Shown here: piece after piece, positions 30,448-40,569 of the stretch | Position numbering within the stretch: the first letter of the stretch is position 1 | Layout: each line of letters opens with the position of its first letter | Assembly: GCA_963801165.1 (NCBI GenBank) | Contig: CAWDDT010000010.1 | Span: 233,045 to 297,044 of the forward strand | Length of the DNA stretch: 64,000 bases | Direction of reading: 5' to 3' | DNA from: an uncultured bacterium | GTDB lineage: Bacteria; Actinomycetota; Acidimicrobiia; Spongiisociales; UBA5794 | Position numbers and translations under genes: made by a program | Notes under the pieces: model-generated | Seen by the model: the letters and a program-made list of their open reading frames with translations, nothing else | Database searches by the model: none | Told to the model about the DNA's origin: nothing

Positions 30448-31344
30448 ATGGATACACGTCCCTCCGCCCCATTCGGAACCGTCCTCACTGCGGTGCTCAC
30501 TCCGTTCGACGAAGACGGTGCCGTGGACTACGGCGTGTTCTGGAAGCTCATCCGCCACCTCGCCGATAACGGCAGCGAGGGTGTTGTCGTGACCGGGACG
30601 ACAGGGGAGTCGCCGACTCTGTCCAAGCCGGAGAAAATCGCCCTGTACAAAGCGGCTGTTGAGGCCGCAGGCGCCAGGATGAAGGTGATCGCCGGTACCG
30701 GGACCTACAACACCGCCGAATCGGTCGCACTGACCGAGCAGGCCGCGTCGGTAGGTGTCCACGGGATCATGGCGGTCACGCCGTATTACTCGAAGCCGCC
30801 ACAGGCAGGTCTCGTCAAGCATTTCACGGCGATCGCCGACGCAAGCGATTTGCCTCTGATGGTTTACAACATCCCGGGTCGCACCGCTCGCCTCATCGAG
30901 GTGGATACGCTTGTCGAGCTGGCACAGCACGACAAGATCGTGGCCACCAAGGATGCGGTTGGCGACCTCGACTTCACCAGACGCGCCATTGCAGCTCTAC
31001 CGGAAGGGTTTGCGGTTTACTCAGGCGACGACGGCCGTACCAAGGACATCGTCGAGGCCAACGGCGTCGGCGTCGTCTCGGTAGCCTCTCACTTCGTAGG
31101 GAACCAGATCAAGAAGCTGATCGCCGCCGTCACCGAGCAGGACTACGACGAGGCAAAGCGCATCCAGGAGAAGCTCGACCCCATCTTCGAGGCTCTGTTC
31201 GTCGAGCCGAGCCCGATGCCACTCAAGGCCGGCATGACAGCTCTGTGGGGCAACGTCGGCCAGCCCCGCCTGCCGCTCGTTCCCGCATCGGAGGAAACGA
31301 CCGAAAAGGTGAGAGCGGCTTACGAGATCGCTCAGGACGTATGA
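30448..31344 (+). CDS. dapA: 4-hydroxy-tetrahydrodipicolinate synthase
   Basis: GTTGESPTL, PYYSKP, YNIPGRT, ATKDA. Confidence 0.95.
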   Translation: MDTRPSAPFGTVLTAVLTPFDEDGAVDYGVFWKLIRHLADNGSEGVVVTGTTGESPTLSKPEKIALYKAAVEAAGARMKVIAGTGTYNTAESVALTEQAASVGVHGIMAVTPYYSKPPQAGLVKHFTAIADASDLPLMVYNIPGRTARLIEVDTLVELAQHDKIVATKDAVGDLDFTRRAIAALPEGFAVYSGDDGRTKDIVEANGVGVVSVASHFVGNQIKKLIAAVTEQDYDEAKRIQEKLDPIFEALFVEPSPMPLKAGMTALWGNVGQPRLPLVPASEETTEKVRAAYEIAQDV

Positions 31345-31357
31345 CAAGACCGGGGCC

Positions 31358-32992
31358 GTGTCGATGACGGTGAGAGTTGGCTTCCTCGGTGGTCTTGGCG
31401 AGATTGGTCGTAACTGTGCGACGCTAGAGGTCGACGGGAAGATCGCGCTGATCGACTGCGGGATCATGTTCCCCGAACAGGACATGCTCGGGGTTGACCT
31501 GGTTCTGCCGGACTTCACCTCGGTGCTCGAGCGACCCGACGACATTGCCTGTGTCATCCTTACCCACGGCCACGAGGATCACGTTGGCTCGCTTGCGTAC
31601 CTGCTCAGGGAGGCCAACGTCCCTGTGTACGGCACCCGGCTGACGGTGGCGTTGGCGAGAAACCGTGTCGAGGAGGCAGGGGTCGAGCCCGACATGCACA
31701 CTGTGCCGCTAAACGAGTGGGTTGAGCACGGGCCCTTCAAGTTCACCTTTGTGCGGGTGGCCCATAGCGTTCCCGACGCAACCGCAGTGGTGCTCGACAC
31801 ACCGGAGGGGATCATCATCCACACCGGCGATTACAAGCTGGATCCGACTCCGATCGACAGGGAGCCGACCGACCTGATGACGTTCGCCGGCTTTGGACGG
31901 CAAGGCGTGCGGCTGCTGCTGGCCGATTCGACCAACGCAGAGCGCCCCGGCTTCATTGCATCCGAGTCTTCGGTGGGTGCGGAGATCCGGAATCTGGTTG
32001 CCCACGCCGATGGTCGCGTGATCCTGGCCTGCTTCGCTTCCCACCTTCACCGGGTCCAGCAGATAATCAACGCTGCCGTGGCCGACGGTCGCAAGTTCTC
32101 CTTCCTCGGTCGTTCCATGGTCCGCAACACCGAGATCGCTCGCGACCTCGGGATCCTCGACTACCCGGAGGAGAGCCGGGTCGACAGCGCCGACATCGCG
32201 GAGCTCGCTCCCAAGGAGGTCGCCGTCATCTGCACCGGGAGCCAGGGTGAGCCTTTCGCCGCTCTATCGCTGATGGCGTCGGGTCAGCACCGGAGCGTCA
32301 AGCTCGAACCGGGAGATACGGTGATCATCTCCGCGAACGCCATTCCAGGGAACGAGACGAACGTGTCGCGGGTAATCAACCACCTTGTCGCTTCCGGGGC
32401 AACTGTGTTTCATGGATCCGACACGCACGTGCACGTGTCGGGTCACGCAGCCCAGGACGAGATCAAGACGCTCATCAACGTGGTGCGCCCCGGGGCGTTC
32501 ATCCCGGTTCACGGCGAGCGCCGTCACCTCCACGCCAACGCCAGGATCGCCCGCGAGATGGGAATCCCCCAAGTCGAGGTCTGCGTAGACGGAGACGTGG
32601 CGGTGCTTGAGGGCGGGGCTCTGCGAATAGAGCGGGGCGCGGTCCCGGCGGGGTATGTGTATCTCGACGGTGTCGATATCGGGGACGTAGAGGACGTCCT
32701 GCGTGATCGGCGCCATCTTGCCGACGACGGCGTCGTCATCGTCACCGTGGGGGTCGACATGGGCTCGGGGGAGATCGTGATCGGCCCGGAGGTCGATAGC
32801 CACGGCGTCCGGGATGATGCGGAAGGACTCCACAAGGACGTGGTCGAAGCGGTAGTCGCGGCCGTTGCGAACCTCGAATGGCCCTCCGACCTGGACACGG
32901 TCCGCCGGCGGGTGCGGAACACGACGAGCCGGTCGGTCAAGAAACAGATCAACAGCCGACCGGTGGTCATCCCGGTCATCATCGAGGTTTGA
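31358..32992 (+). CDS. rnj: Ribonuclease J
   Basis: GGLGEIGRN, THGHEDHVG, TGSQGEP, HVSGH. Confidence 0.95.
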   Translation: MSMTVRVGFLGGLGEIGRNCATLEVDGKIALIDCGIMFPEQDMLGVDLVLPDFTSVLERPDDIACVILTHGHEDHVGSLAYLLREANVPVYGTRLTVALARNRVEEAGVEPDMHTVPLNEWVEHGPFKFTFVRVAHSVPDATAVVLDTPEGIIIHTGDYKLDPTPIDREPTDLMTFAGFGRQGVRLLLADSTNAERPGFIASESSVGAEIRNLVAHADGRVILACFASHLHRVQQIINAAVADGRKFSFLGRSMVRNTEIARDLGILDYPEESRVDSADIAELAPKEVAVICTGSQGEPFAALSLMASGQHRSVKLEPGDTVIISANAIPGNETNVSRVINHLVASGATVFHGSDTHVHVSGHAAQDEIKTLINVVRPGAFIPVHGERRHLHANARIAREMGIPQVEVCVDGDVAVLEGGALRIERGAVPAGYVYLDGVDIGDVEDVLRDRRHLADDGVVIVTVGVDMGSGEIVIGPEVDSHGVRDDAEGLHKDVVEAVVAAVANLEWPSDLDTVRRRVRNTTSRSVKKQINSRPVVIPVIIEV

Positions 32993-32998
32993 TCGGCG

Positions 32999-33862
32999 CT
33001 ACTTCTTGGCGCGTCTGCGACCCTTGCGACCCTTGGGCTCCGACTCTGGACGCATGTCGCCTATAGCGCTCAGTACGGAGCGTCCGCCGCCGCCTTCGAG
33101 CCGGGGCAGCTTGGCGGAGTGGCGGTCGTAGAAGGAGCGGTCGGCGCCGACCAGCAGGGCGCTGACGTGTTGGTCGTCGGCATCGTGCTTCTCGGCGAGA
33201 GGGTAGGTGTCATTCCAATGCGAGGTGTCGGCATCGGACGGAGCGGAAGCGGAGGCCGCAGCTTCAGCCTCCTCCGCCTGGCGGAGACGCGCCGCCAGCG
33301 ACGTGTCCTCGTTGGCGGTCTTCGGCTTCTCGGCCTGACGGAGGCGAGCCGCTAGAGACGTGTCTTCTCGCGAATGGTCGGTCTCGTAGGAACGGGTCTC
33401 TTCTTGCGCCTGGTCGCTCTCGTAGGAATACATCGGTGGCGGCGGGGGCTTCATCGGCGATCCGGCGGTGGAGGGGCGATTCTGGGCGCCGTCGGCGATC
33501 TTGGCCAGCTCCTCCATACGGTCCACGGCGTCGGTGAGCCTTTGCACGAGCTCGTCACGTTCGGACTTGAGGGACTCGATGGTGGCGAGCATCTCCTCAC
33601 GCTCGGTCTGCAGCTGGCGCTGCTTGCCGATCAACTTTCGTACCTGTCCGATGATCTCCTCGGCGTTGTCGCCGAGCGCGGCGAGGGGATTGGGTGCGGA
33701 ACGGGCGGCGCCTCTGGCCTCGGCAACGATGGCTTCGGCCTGGCGTCGGGCGCGGGCGATGATCTCGGCTGCCTCGTGCTCGGCCCGTGCGATCGGGTCC
33801 CGAGATCCGGCGTCGGTCTCATCGTTGTGGTGGTTTGGCACCGGTTGGAGTGAAACACTCAC
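32999..33862 (-). CDS. Hypothetical coiled-coil protein with DivIVA-like repeats
   Basis: AEHEAAEIIARARRQAEAIVAEAR, heptad region, duplicated EDTSLAARLRQAE. Confidence 0.65.
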   Translation of the reverse strand: MSVSLQPVPNHHNDETDAGSRDPIARAEHEAAEIIARARRQAEAIVAEARGAARSAPNPLAALGDNAEEIIGQVRKLIGKQRQLQTEREEMLATIESLKSERDELVQRLTDAVDRMEELAKIADGAQNRPSTAGSPMKPPPPPMYSYESDQAQEETRSYETDHSREDTSLAARLRQAEKPKTANEDTSLAARLRQAEEAEAAASASAPSDADTSHWNDTYPLAEKHDADDQHVSALLVGADRSFYDRHSAKLPRLEGGGGRSVLSAIGDMRPESEPKGRKGRRRAKK

Positions 33863-34026
33863 GATTGGTGGCTCCCTTCAAGCCCTTGTCCGCGGGCAGC
33901 AGCTCGTCTGCCAAGTTCTATCGGCAGGAGGCTCTCACATCTGAACCGCTTCTCGCGCGGAGCGCGCGGAGTAGCGCGCTGTGGGTTGTTTGTTGTAGCG
34001 CCACCTTCTTGTATGCTGAGACACCC

Positions 34027-36273
34027 ATGGCAACACGGACCAAGCGACGTGGGGCTACCGGGCGGAGAACGACAAAGAGCAAGCAATCGAAAAAGCGGCA
34101 GCGCCTCTCCATCCTCCTCGCGCTGAAGGGGATGAAAGAGCGGATGCGGCAGCGGCTGGGGCGCCACACGGACGATGTCTGGGGGGTGCTCTTGATCATC
34201 CTCGCAGCCTTGCTGCTGCTGTCGTTCTTCGAGCTGGCGGGCCCGCTCGGGGCAGGGTCGGCGAAGGCGCTCCATTTTGTTTTCGGGCTATGGGCGTATT
34301 TCGTACCGTTCGTGCTTGCGGTCATCGGGATCGCGATGATCTCGTCGATGCCCCGTACCGACTATGGCCGGATAACGCTGGGCATGGTCTCGCTGTTCGT
34401 TGCCTCGATGGCACTGTTCCACCTCCTGACCGGTACCATTTCGCTTGCCTCGTCCGTCGACAAGGTCGTCGAACGCGGTGGGGTGGTGGGTTCGCTCATT
34501 GCCTTCCCGTTGCGCCGTCTCGTCGGGTTCTGGGGTTCGTTTGTCGTGCTGCTCGCCGCCGTGGCCATCTCGTCGTTGATCCTGACCAGGGCCACGATCC
34601 GCGATGTGGGGCTGAGCATTGCAGCGATGCTCCGCAAGACGCGCCACCTCGTGCACGAGCTGCGCAAGTCGAACACCGAGGACCGAACGCAGGCACCATC
34701 AGTCGAGCTCACCGTGCCTACGGTCCAACAGCAGCAGGCGCCGCCCAGGAAGGTCGATCAGAAGGGCCCGCCCAATCCCAAGCCGAAGCAGAAGCCGCAG
34801 AAGCGTCCGATCCCACAGCCGCGCGGCAAGGGCGGGTACCGGCTGCCGCCTCTCGAGATGCTCGAGGTCGGCGCCGCCAACGGTCACAACCGCAGGGCCC
34901 TCGAGCAAGCCGGATACGAGCTACAGCAGACGCTCACCCAGCATGGGGTGGACGCAAGACTCACCCGTATCGTGCCCGGCCCCACCGTCACCAGGTACGA
35001 GGTCGAGCTCGAACCCGGCGTCAAGGTGGCCCGGGTCACCGGTCTGGCCACCGACATCGCATACGCCATGGCCTCCGCCGACGTTCGCATCCTTGCCCCG
35101 ATCCCCGGACGCAGTGCGATCGGTATCGAGGTACCTAACGCCCACCGGGACCTTGTGACCCTCGGAGAGATCCTCAACAGCGACATTGCCGGGCATACCA
35201 ACAACCCGCTCGCAGTCGGTCTCGGCAAGGACGTCTCCGGGCGCAGCCGGATGCTGCACATCGACGAGCTGCCACACGTCTTGATTGCGGGCGCCACAGG
35301 AGCCGGCAAGTCGTCGTGCATCAACTCGATCGTCATGTCTTTGTTGATGCGAGCCACCCCCGAGGAAGTGCGGATGATCCTCGTCGACCCCAAGCGCGTC
35401 GAACTCGGTCAGTACAACGGGGTCCCGCATCTGCTGACACGGGTGATCACGAACCCCAAGAAGGCGGCGGACGCTCTTCAGTGGGCCGTGGCCGAGATGG
35501 ACAGGCGTTACGACTTGCTCGCCGACGCCGGAGTGCGAGACATCACGAGCTACCGCGAGCAATATGAGGCCGGTGGTCTCGACGAGGAGCTGTTCGACAG
35601 GTTCCCCTACATCGTCATCGTCGTTGACGAGTTGAACGACCTGATGATGGTCGCCGGGCGTGCTGTCGAAGACTCAATCGTGAGGATCGCCCAGATGGCT
35701 CGTGCCGTCGGTATCCACCTCGTGCTGGCTACACAGCGACCGTCCGTGAACGTGATCACAGGCGTGATCAAGGCGAATGTGCCTTCCCGACTTGCCTTTG
35801 CGGTCGCCTCGCAAACCGACTCGCGCGTCATCCTCGATTCGTCGGGAGCGGACAAGCTCGTTGGTCTTGGCGACATGCTGGTCGTCACTGCCCGCGACCC
35901 CAAGCCGGAGCGCATCCAGGGTGCATTTGTGACCGAAGCGGAGATCCACTCCGTGGTCGCCTGGGTCCGTGATCAGAGCGTCGCCGAGTACCGCGAGGAA
36001 GAGGTCTTCGAGGTGGCGCAAGCCGCGGCTGCAATCGAGGAGGAGTTCGACGGAGAGGATCCCGAGCTGATGCGTCAGGCCATCGAGCTCGTGGTGAGAT
36101 CGCAGCTGGGGTCGACGTCGATGCTCCAGCGCAAGCTGCGGATCGGGTTTGCCAGGGCGGGAAGGGTCATGGACATCCTGGAGAACAAAGGCGTCGTCGG
36201 GCCGTCGGAAGGCTCCAAGGCGCGTGAGGTGCTCATCACCGTCGAGGAGCTAGACCAGATGCTGGTTGGTTGA
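34027..36273 (+). CDS. ftsK: DNA translocase FtsK
   Basis: N-terminal TM helices, GATGAGKS, LATQRPS, gamma domain STSMLQRKLRIGFARAGR. Confidence 0.95.
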   Translation: MATRTKRRGATGRRTTKSKQSKKRQRLSILLALKGMKERMRQRLGRHTDDVWGVLLIILAALLLLSFFELAGPLGAGSAKALHFVFGLWAYFVPFVLAVIGIAMISSMPRTDYGRITLGMVSLFVASMALFHLLTGTISLASSVDKVVERGGVVGSLIAFPLRRLVGFWGSFVVLLAAVAISSLILTRATIRDVGLSIAAMLRKTRHLVHELRKSNTEDRTQAPSVELTVPTVQQQQAPPRKVDQKGPPNPKPKQKPQKRPIPQPRGKGGYRLPPLEMLEVGAANGHNRRALEQAGYELQQTLTQHGVDARLTRIVPGPTVTRYEVELEPGVKVARVTGLATDIAYAMASADVRILAPIPGRSAIGIEVPNAHRDLVTLGEILNSDIAGHTNNPLAVGLGKDVSGRSRMLHIDELPHVLIAGATGAGKSSCINSIVMSLLMRATPEEVRMILVDPKRVELGQYNGVPHLLTRVITNPKKAADALQWAVAEMDRRYDLLADAGVRDITSYREQYEAGGLDEELFDRFPYIVIVVDELNDLMMVAGRAVEDSIVRIAQMARAVGIHLVLATQRPSVNVITGVIKANVPSRLAFAVASQTDSRVILDSSGADKLVGLGDMLVVTARDPKPERIQGAFVTEAEIHSVVAWVRDQSVAEYREEEVFEVAQAAAAIEEEFDGEDPELMRQAIELVVRSQLGSTSMLQRKLRIGFARAGRVMDILENKGVVGPSEGSKAREVLITVEELDQMLVG

Positions 36274-36320
36274 TCGAGCACGCGGCCCAAACCGGGTGAC
36301 CAGGCGGTAGGTTGATATCG

Positions 36321-38111
36321 GTGGAAGCTACCTGCGTCCGGTTCGATGATCTCTCTCCGGGGGGTTCCGGGTCATTTGGGCTCGCCGGTGAGATCGACGA
36401 GTTCACCGCTCGCAGGGAGGAGGACGTTGTCCCGGTGCTGGCAGCCGCCGAGGCCGCGGCCGAAGCCGGATACTGGGTCGCCGGATACGTCGGTTACGAG
36501 GCTGCCCCAGCGCTGAATCCGCTCCTGACGGTTCGCCCTCGCGGCTTGCACGACCCGATGCGCGAACTCCCACTGGCGCATTTCCGTGCGTTCTCCAGCC
36601 GGATCGAGTTGCCCGAGATCGACAGCCTGCACTACCCGGCCGGAACCTACAGCGTGTCCGGATGGACCCCCGATTCCACTCGTCGTGATTACCGGGACAG
36701 TCTTGCGGTGACGGGCCGGGCGATCATGTCGGGCGAGATCGAGCGGGGGAAGTACACCTTTCGTCTCCACGCCGCGTTTGACGGGGACCAGGTGGCGCTT
36801 TACCGCGATCTACTCCAGTCGCAACGGGGACCACACGGTGCCTTTGTCGACACCGGTCGCTTCGGTCTGATCAGCGTGTCGCCGGAACGGTTCTTCAAGG
36901 TCGCAGACGGGGTGCTGTCGGTGCGTCCGGTGCTGTCGTCGGTGCGACGCGGGCGCTGGTTGGAGGAGGACGCCCAATGCGAGGCGCTGCTGCCGTCCAA
37001 TGGATCGCTGGGATACGCGGACCGGGTACTGCTGGCGGAGACCGAGACGGAGCTGGCGCAACTCGGCACGCTGTTGCCGCGGGGTGAGAGCCCGATCGTC
37101 TCGCGCGATCGCATGGAGCTGCTGTGGCACCTCACCGCACGTGTGGGTGTGCGACTCGATCCCGCGGTGGATCTGAAGCGCATATTCGAGGTGTTGTTCC
37201 CGCCGCTCTCGGTGACCGGGGTGCCCAAGCCCGAGGCGATGGAGGTGATCGCGACAACCGAGGACACCGCCCGCGGCGTCTACTGCGGCGCGATCGGGTT
37301 TCTCGCGCCTCGCGGCAGCGGCGGAACCCAAGCCAGCTTCAGCGTCGCGGTCCGCACCGTTGTAGTCGACAACGAGGAGGGCGTGGCGGAATATGGTGTA
37401 GGCACTGCGATAACGAACGCGTCGGATGTGGCCACGGCGTACGAGGAGGCCCGGCTCAAGGCGCGCGTCCTGGTCGACCGCCGTCCCGATTTCCAGCTGA
37501 TCGAGCGCTTCCGCGAAGACGATGGCGCTATCGCGAGGTTGAATCCCAAGCTCAGCATTCTGGAGGAGTCGATCCACTACTTCGGATACGAGCTGAATCG
37601 GGACGACGCCGTTGCCGCCCTCCAGAAAGCTGCTGCCAACGGTGGGTCGCAGGAGCTGGAGCTGAGGGTGAGTCGCAGCGGTGCAATGGAGATCGTCACC
37701 CGGCCGGCTACATCCTGGTCCGGCTCGTTGCAGGAAGCGCCGGTGATCTCCGGGTGCGTCTGCGCTGATCGGGTATCCGTAGACAACGTGTTCCTCTTCC
37801 ACAAGACGAGCGATTCCCGGCTTCGCGACGTGGTCACACGTCCGCATCGGGATGTCGATGTTGTCATCCTGGTAAATGACGAAGGGGAATTGGCCGGATC
37901 GCTGGACGGGAATGTGGTCGTCGACCTCGACGGGGTGTGGCTGACGCCGCCGCGCCGGTGCGCCAACTCCATATACGCCCTGAGCAGCGAGCTGTTGGCG
38001 AGTGGCATCATCGAGGAACGGGTGATCACCGAGGAGGACCTGGCGCGTGCCGATCACGTGGTCCTGCTGGACGATATCGCCGGTTGGAGACTTGTGCGGC
38101 TGAAAGACTGA
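36321..38111 (+). CDS. Chorismate-binding (PabB-like) plus aminotransferase IV (PabC-like) fusion, catalytic motifs degenerate
   Basis: GYVGYE, SPERFF, SVTGVPK, RGVYCGAIG, FLFHKT. Confidence 0.8.
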   Translation: MEATCVRFDDLSPGGSGSFGLAGEIDEFTARREEDVVPVLAAAEAAAEAGYWVAGYVGYEAAPALNPLLTVRPRGLHDPMRELPLAHFRAFSSRIELPEIDSLHYPAGTYSVSGWTPDSTRRDYRDSLAVTGRAIMSGEIERGKYTFRLHAAFDGDQVALYRDLLQSQRGPHGAFVDTGRFGLISVSPERFFKVADGVLSVRPVLSSVRRGRWLEEDAQCEALLPSNGSLGYADRVLLAETETELAQLGTLLPRGESPIVSRDRMELLWHLTARVGVRLDPAVDLKRIFEVLFPPLSVTGVPKPEAMEVIATTEDTARGVYCGAIGFLAPRGSGGTQASFSVAVRTVVVDNEEGVAEYGVGTAITNASDVATAYEEARLKARVLVDRRPDFQLIERFREDDGAIARLNPKLSILEESIHYFGYELNRDDAVAALQKAAANGGSQELELRVSRSGAMEIVTRPATSWSGSLQEAPVISGCVCADRVSVDNVFLFHKTSDSRLRDVVTRPHRDVDVVILVNDEGELAGSLDGNVVVDLDGVWLTPPRRCANSIYALSSELLASGIIEERVITEEDLARADHVVLLDDIAGWRLVRLKD

Positions 38112-38146
38112 TCCTCGCATGGTTGTCCGCGGTTAGCCTGCCGTCC

Positions 38147-38884
38147 GTGACCATCGCACAAGTACTCCTGCTGCTGTTCGGCGGATTGGCGGCCGGCTTC
38201 ATCAATACGCTCGCCGGTGGTGGTTCGGCGATCACGATTCCGATCATGACCGAGATCGTCGGCGTCAGCGTCGCCAACGGCACTAACCGGATCGCCATAT
38301 TGCTTGCCAATGCGTCTGCGCTCACCCGCTTTCAGCGGGGAGACGCGGTCCCGTGGAAACGTCTCACCCGGCTCATCGCACCGACGGTGATCGGCGCCGC
38401 CGCAGGTGCCTGGGTAGCGACTCAGACCTCCGGTGACCTGTTCAAGAAGATCTTCGCCTTCGTTCTCGTCCTGGTGGCAGGGTCCGTGCTGGCCCGGCCG
38501 TCGCGCTGGGTCGACGGACGGGAGCGGGAGATAGCCGAACCGTGGCGAAGCCTTCTGTTTGCCGGAGTCGGCTTCTACGGCGGGTTCGTCCAGGCCGGGG
38601 TGGGCTTCTTGCTTCTCGGGGCGCTGGTGCTCGGATCGGGTATGGATCTGGTGAGAGGGAACGCGGCGAAGGTGGCGCTCATCCTGTGCTACACCCCGGT
38701 GGCATTGATCTTCTTTGCTTCGGCGTCCCAGGTTGACCTGAAGGTGGGCCTCGTGCTGTCGGTCGGGCAGATGACCGGGGCGTGGATTGCAGCGCGGTTG
38801 GCTGTGTTGAAGGGTGCCGCCTGGATACGGTGGGTGCTGGTTGCCGTCGCCGTGATCGCGGCGATCCGAATGCTCTTGACTTGA
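38147..38884 (+). CDS. Sulfite exporter TauE/SafE family
   Basis: GFINTLAGGG, ANGTNR, GFYGGFVQAGVG. Confidence 0.9.
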   Translation: MTIAQVLLLLFGGLAAGFINTLAGGGSAITIPIMTEIVGVSVANGTNRIAILLANASALTRFQRGDAVPWKRLTRLIAPTVIGAAAGAWVATQTSGDLFKKIFAFVLVLVAGSVLARPSRWVDGREREIAEPWRSLLFAGVGFYGGFVQAGVGFLLLGALVLGSGMDLVRGNAAKVALILCYTPVALIFFASASQVDLKVGLVLSVGQMTGAWIAARLAVLKGAAWIRWVLVAVAVIAAIRMLLT

Positions 38885-38941
38885 GCGCCGATTGCGCTAA
38901 CACTAAGAGGAGTGCTTCGACCTCTCTCCGGAAGGAAGAGC

Positions 38942-39295
38942 ATGGTAGGTGATATGGGTTCCATCCTCAGGGAACTGGAACATGTGCAAGACCGGCTGTC
39001 ATCCCTGACGACAGATACATACGAGGAGATGTATAGCCTCCTCATCCGGCAGGACGAGCTGCGAACCGAAGCGGCTCGGCTCGCCGACGACATCGATGCG
39101 ACCTGCTCGACCCAAGAGCTCTTGATCCGGTTAGCCAGCCTTAGGCGCCGACGCGACCTTCTCGACCGGCAACATGGTACGGCTACCAGAGGTTTGCACC
39201 GGCCAGCGCACGGACCGCGGCACTCCTCTCAGGTTGATCAGCGTATCGAGAGGGTCTGTGTGTTGCTGGCCGATCGTGGAATTCGCGTTCACTGA
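38942..39295 (+). CDS. Small helical hypothetical protein
   Basis: Purine-rich SD, amphipathic helices. Confidence 0.6.
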   Translation: MVGDMGSILRELEHVQDRLSSLTTDTYEEMYSLLIRQDELRTEAARLADDIDATCSTQELLIRLASLRRRRDLLDRQHGTATRGLHRPAHGPRHSSQVDQRIERVCVLLADRGIRVH

Positions 39296-39314
39296 CGCGA
39301 CCTCCGCGGTCGGA

Positions 39315-39614
39315 TTGCTCGTTCGGCGACTGTCGGAGGTGCAAGACCTCCTCAGCGCCCTACCCAACGACGCCTTCGTTGAGCGTTCGGCTCTTGTTGC
39401 CGAGCGAGAAGAGCTCCAGCTGCTTGCCGCGCAGCACGCGTCGGGGGCAGATCGGGAGCGCTCCATCGAGGACTGCGGTGCTAGCTCGAGGCATCGCGGA
39501 GTGAGTGGGTCCGGCACCGACCCTTTTTCGTCGCGACCAGCGCGCCCTGCTGTCCGCATCAGCCACCTGACCGACAGCATGCATGAACGTGAAGCGGCGA
39601 CCGGGCGGATCTGA
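39315..39614 (+). pseudogene. Diverged tandem paralogue of the 38942 gene, probably decaying
   Basis: LSEVQDLLSALPNDAFVERSALVAEREEL aligns with LEHVQDRLSSLTTDTYEEMYSLLIRQDEL. Confidence 0.45.
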
Positions 39615-39713
39615 GCTTCGTCTCGAGCGCGGTCTGGTGCGACGGGGAGCGCATCGCGTGTAGCGTCTTGCTCTCATGCGCAGTCCCACGGTCGAGAGAA
39701 CAGAAACCGTCAG

Positions 39714-40565
39714 ATGACATTCGCACTGGCGGCGACGTGTGCGCTGCTTCTCGGGGTTGTCGACTACCTGGCCGGGGTTACGCTGCGGCACGACGGCAGA
39801 CATGAGGCGGCGCTGTCGTACACGGCTTTGGCGTCGGCCGTCGGACTCCTGGTGGTGCTGGCAATCTTGCCGTTGGTTCTGCCCGAGCACGTTGCTCGAG
39901 CAGACATCATGTGGGCGATCGCTGCGGGATTGTCGATTGGGATCGCACTGCCCCTGCTCATGCTGGCGATGGCGAGAGGGCCAATTGCGATCGTAGCGCC
40001 GGTGATCGGTCTGATGTCACTGGCGGTGCCGGCGATCGCCGGGCCGATGCTGGGCGACATGCTCACGCGGTGGGATGTGATCGGTGTGCTCCTCGCCCTC
40101 CCGGCCGCCGCCCTCGTGGCGACGGTTTCCGAATCCGACCGATCGGGCGGTGCGGTACCTTCCACGGTGGCGCTGGCGACCCTGGTCGGAGGCTTGCTCG
40201 GTGCCGCAGCTGTGTTCTTCGGCCGCACTGGAGAGGAGAGCGGGATTGGCCCCGCGGTTGTGGCCCAGGTGACGGCGACGGTTCTTCTTGTCGTTTCCGG
40301 CGTCGTCAGCGGGCGGTTGGTCCGATTGCGTCGCTCTGGAGTGACTCCTGCCGTCGCGATGGGCGTCCTCAATGTCCTGGCCGTACTTTCGAGCGTGCTT
40401 GCCTTTCAGCGGGGACCGGTTTCTGTGGTCGCCGCCATCATCGGCATGGCACCCGGTGTGACGGTGGTTCTCGCCTGGTTGGTGGTCCATGAGCGCATCG
40501 GTCGCCGGCAGCTGATCGGGTTCGGGCTGGGGGCGGTCGCCGTCGTCCTGTTTGCGATCGGATGA
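39714..40565 (+). CDS. EamA/DMT family transporter
   Basis: About ten hydrophobic segments, GPIAIVAP, HERIGRRQLIG. Confidence 0.85.
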   Translation: MTFALAATCALLLGVVDYLAGVTLRHDGRHEAALSYTALASAVGLLVVLAILPLVLPEHVARADIMWAIAAGLSIGIALPLLMLAMARGPIAIVAPVIGLMSLAVPAIAGPMLGDMLTRWDVIGVLLALPAAALVATVSESDRSGGAVPSTVALATLVGGLLGAAAVFFGRTGEESGIGPAVVAQVTATVLLVVSGVVSGRLVRLRRSGVTPAVAMGVLNVLAVLSSVLAFQRGPVSVVAAIIGMAPGVTVVLAWLVVHERIGRRQLIGFGLGAVAVVLFAIG

Positions 40566-40569
40566 GAGC

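Noticed and set aside
29452-30930. Apparent 492-aa N-terminally extended thioredoxin, and similar extensions of rimO, ftsK, dut, NUDIX and ArsR ORFs
   Set aside because: The extensions overlap neighbouring genes; internal starts with promoters or SD fit better
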